Assembly: GCA_964475405.1 (NCBI GenBank)
Contig: CAYYWX010000003.1
Location: 4,362 to 68,361 of the forward strand
From: an uncultured Verrucomicrobiota bacterium
GTDB taxonomy: Bacteria; Verrucomicrobiota; Kiritimatiellia; JAAZAB01
Reading direction: 5' to 3'
Length of the DNA: 64,000 nucleotides
This document shows, in pieces, positions 63,194 to 64,000 of the stretch. Both the position numbers and the translations under genes were made by a program. Under the pieces are notes generated by a model. The model was given only the letters and a program-made list of their open reading frames with translations, ran no database searches and had not been told where the DNA came from. How positions within the stretch are numbered: position 1 is the stretch's first letter; each line of letters begins with the position of its first letter.

Positions 63194-64000
63194 ATGAAAA
63201 AAGCAAAACTGTTCACGGATGAGTTTGAAAACCGGATCATTAACCTCCTCCAGTCGCAGAAGGACCGGCCGCTGAACGAACGGCAGATCGCGGAGCACTT
63301 GGCGGTGCGCGGCGGCGAACGCAAGCGCCTGGTCAAGCTGCTGAACGCCATGGTCGTGGGCGGCTTGATCGTCCGCGTTCATCAGAATCATTACGGCTGC
63401 GGCTCGCCCGCCGACCTGGTTACCGGCGAGATCGGGTTGCGCCGTTCCGGCGACGGGGTCATAGTGCCGAAAGACGGCGGCGAGGAGGTTTTTATATCGC
63501 GCGATGAGCTGGGCACGGCCTTGCCGCGCGACCTGGTTGTGGCGCGCCTGCTTAAGGACGCTTCCGGATGCAAGTGGGGCTTGCGCCGCGCCGGGAAGGT
63601 GATCCGCATCCTTGAGCGGTCGCGCGGCGCGATTGTGGGGACATTGCGGGCAACCGGCAAGTTCTTTTATGTTGTCCCGATTGACCCGGTTTATGCGAGG
63701 GATTTTTATGTCCCCGGTCCCGGGAGCGCGCGCGTCAACGACCGGGTCGTGGTTCAATTCACGGCCTGGGCCAACCGCCATGTCAATCCCGAGGCGGAAA
63801 TCGTGGAAGTCATCGGGCCGGAGAACAATCCTTCCCACGATACCGCGGTCATTATCAGGCAATACGGCCTCCCGGACCGTTTCAAGCCCGAAATCCTGCG
63901 GGAGGCCGAGCGGAGCGTCGAATTGCTCGACCAGCCCGGCGAGCGGCGCGATTTCCGCGAAAAATATATTCTTACCATTGACCCGGCCACCGCGCGTGAT
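63194..64000 (+). CDS. rnr: ribonuclease R, N-terminal part; 3-prime end outside the window (not in the ORF track)
   Basis: Manual translation from the ATG at 63194 is open to the window end. It shows an HTH/winged-helix N-terminus (NRIINLLQSQKDRPLNERQIAEHL), cold-shock-like OB folds (RSGDGVIVPKDG...VFISRDELGTALPRDLVVARL) and the start of the RNB domain (DFREKYILTIDPATARD). Confidence 0.8.
   Translation, partial: MKKAKLFTDEFENRIINLLQSQKDRPLNERQIAEHLAVRGGERKRLVKLLNAMVVGGLIVRVHQNHYGCGSPADLVTGEIGLRRSGDGVIVPKDGGEEVFISRDELGTALPRDLVVARLLKDASGCKWGLRRAGKVIRILERSRGAIVGTLRATGKFFYVVPIDPVYARDFYVPGPGSARVNDRVVVQFTAWANRHVNPEAEIVEVIGPENNPSHDTAVIIRQYGLPDRFKPEILREAERSVELLDQPGERRDFREKYILTIDPATARD

Noticed and set aside
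62906-63862. 318-aa minus-strand ORF
   Set aside because: It is antisense to acyP and to the well-supported rnr N-terminus, which is not in the track because it runs off the window. It is a mirror-frame artefact.

Overview
This is a 64-kb chromosomal window from a diderm (Gram-negative-type) bacterium. The diderm call rests on lpxA, fabZ, an LpxC-family gene, lnt, secA and gspD/E/F. GC looks moderately high by eye (not computed). Many intergenic spacers carry short word-like repeats. The gene content and repeat style are reminiscent of PVC-group genomes (Verrucomicrobiota, Kiritimatiellota, Lentisphaerota), but that is only an impression.

Layout:
(i) 0.8-9.3 kb, minus strand: a Tad/Flp-type pilus operon with two Flp-like pilins, TadE/TadG-like pseudopilins, an unknown membrane protein, CpaB, an FHA-fused CpaF ATPase, TadB and TadC. 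It is transcribed divergently from a 1185-aa membrane Ser/Thr kinase with an LRR ectodomain.
(ii) 12.9-24.4 kb: thrC, mntP, a GT2 synthase, gpmI, a divergent LpxC-family gene, an unlisted DUF5989-like small ORF, a cupin, acetolactate decarboxylase, a STAS/anti-sigma kinase pair, a dual-protease-domain protein and an RHH-PIN toxin-antitoxin pair.
(iii) 24.4-32.4 kb: fabZ-lpxA-gspD-gspE-(MITE-like insert)-gspF, then a YihY/BrkB-cNMP fusion.
(iv) 32.7-43.3 kb: a ~10.6-kb integrative element. It is bounded by a perfect 39-bp direct repeat of the 5-prime half of tRNA-Ser(UGA). All of its genes are on the minus strand. It has an integrase, excisionase-like and XRE-like HTH proteins, a Zn-ribbon/HTH regulator, a chimeric helicase-like ATPase with a terminase-type nuclease, and an ERCC4 nuclease. 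It has no virion genes, so it looks like a satellite.
(v) 43.5-45.8 kb: an inverted integrase pseudogene plus an AbiEi/AbiEii pair, probably a remnant island on the other side of the same tRNA.
(vi) 45.9-64 kb: fhs, a large NHL/FG-GAP repeat protein, a FadL-like outer-membrane protein, proS, a GDPD enzyme, a second Ser/Thr kinase, secA, lnt, a pabB-pabC fusion, acyP and the start of rnr.

No rRNA genes, CRISPR arrays or recognisable riboswitches were seen.

The most interesting observations are:
- shuffled Cys/His-rich leader modules shared at DNA level by three Tad pilin/pseudopilin genes;
- the satellite-like element and its DnaB-N / AAA_25 / GpA-nuclease-like chimeric protein;
- the 5-prime-half tRNA att site;
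- the mirrored integrase remnant carrying AbiE.

All family assignments come from motif recognition by eye. No database search was run.
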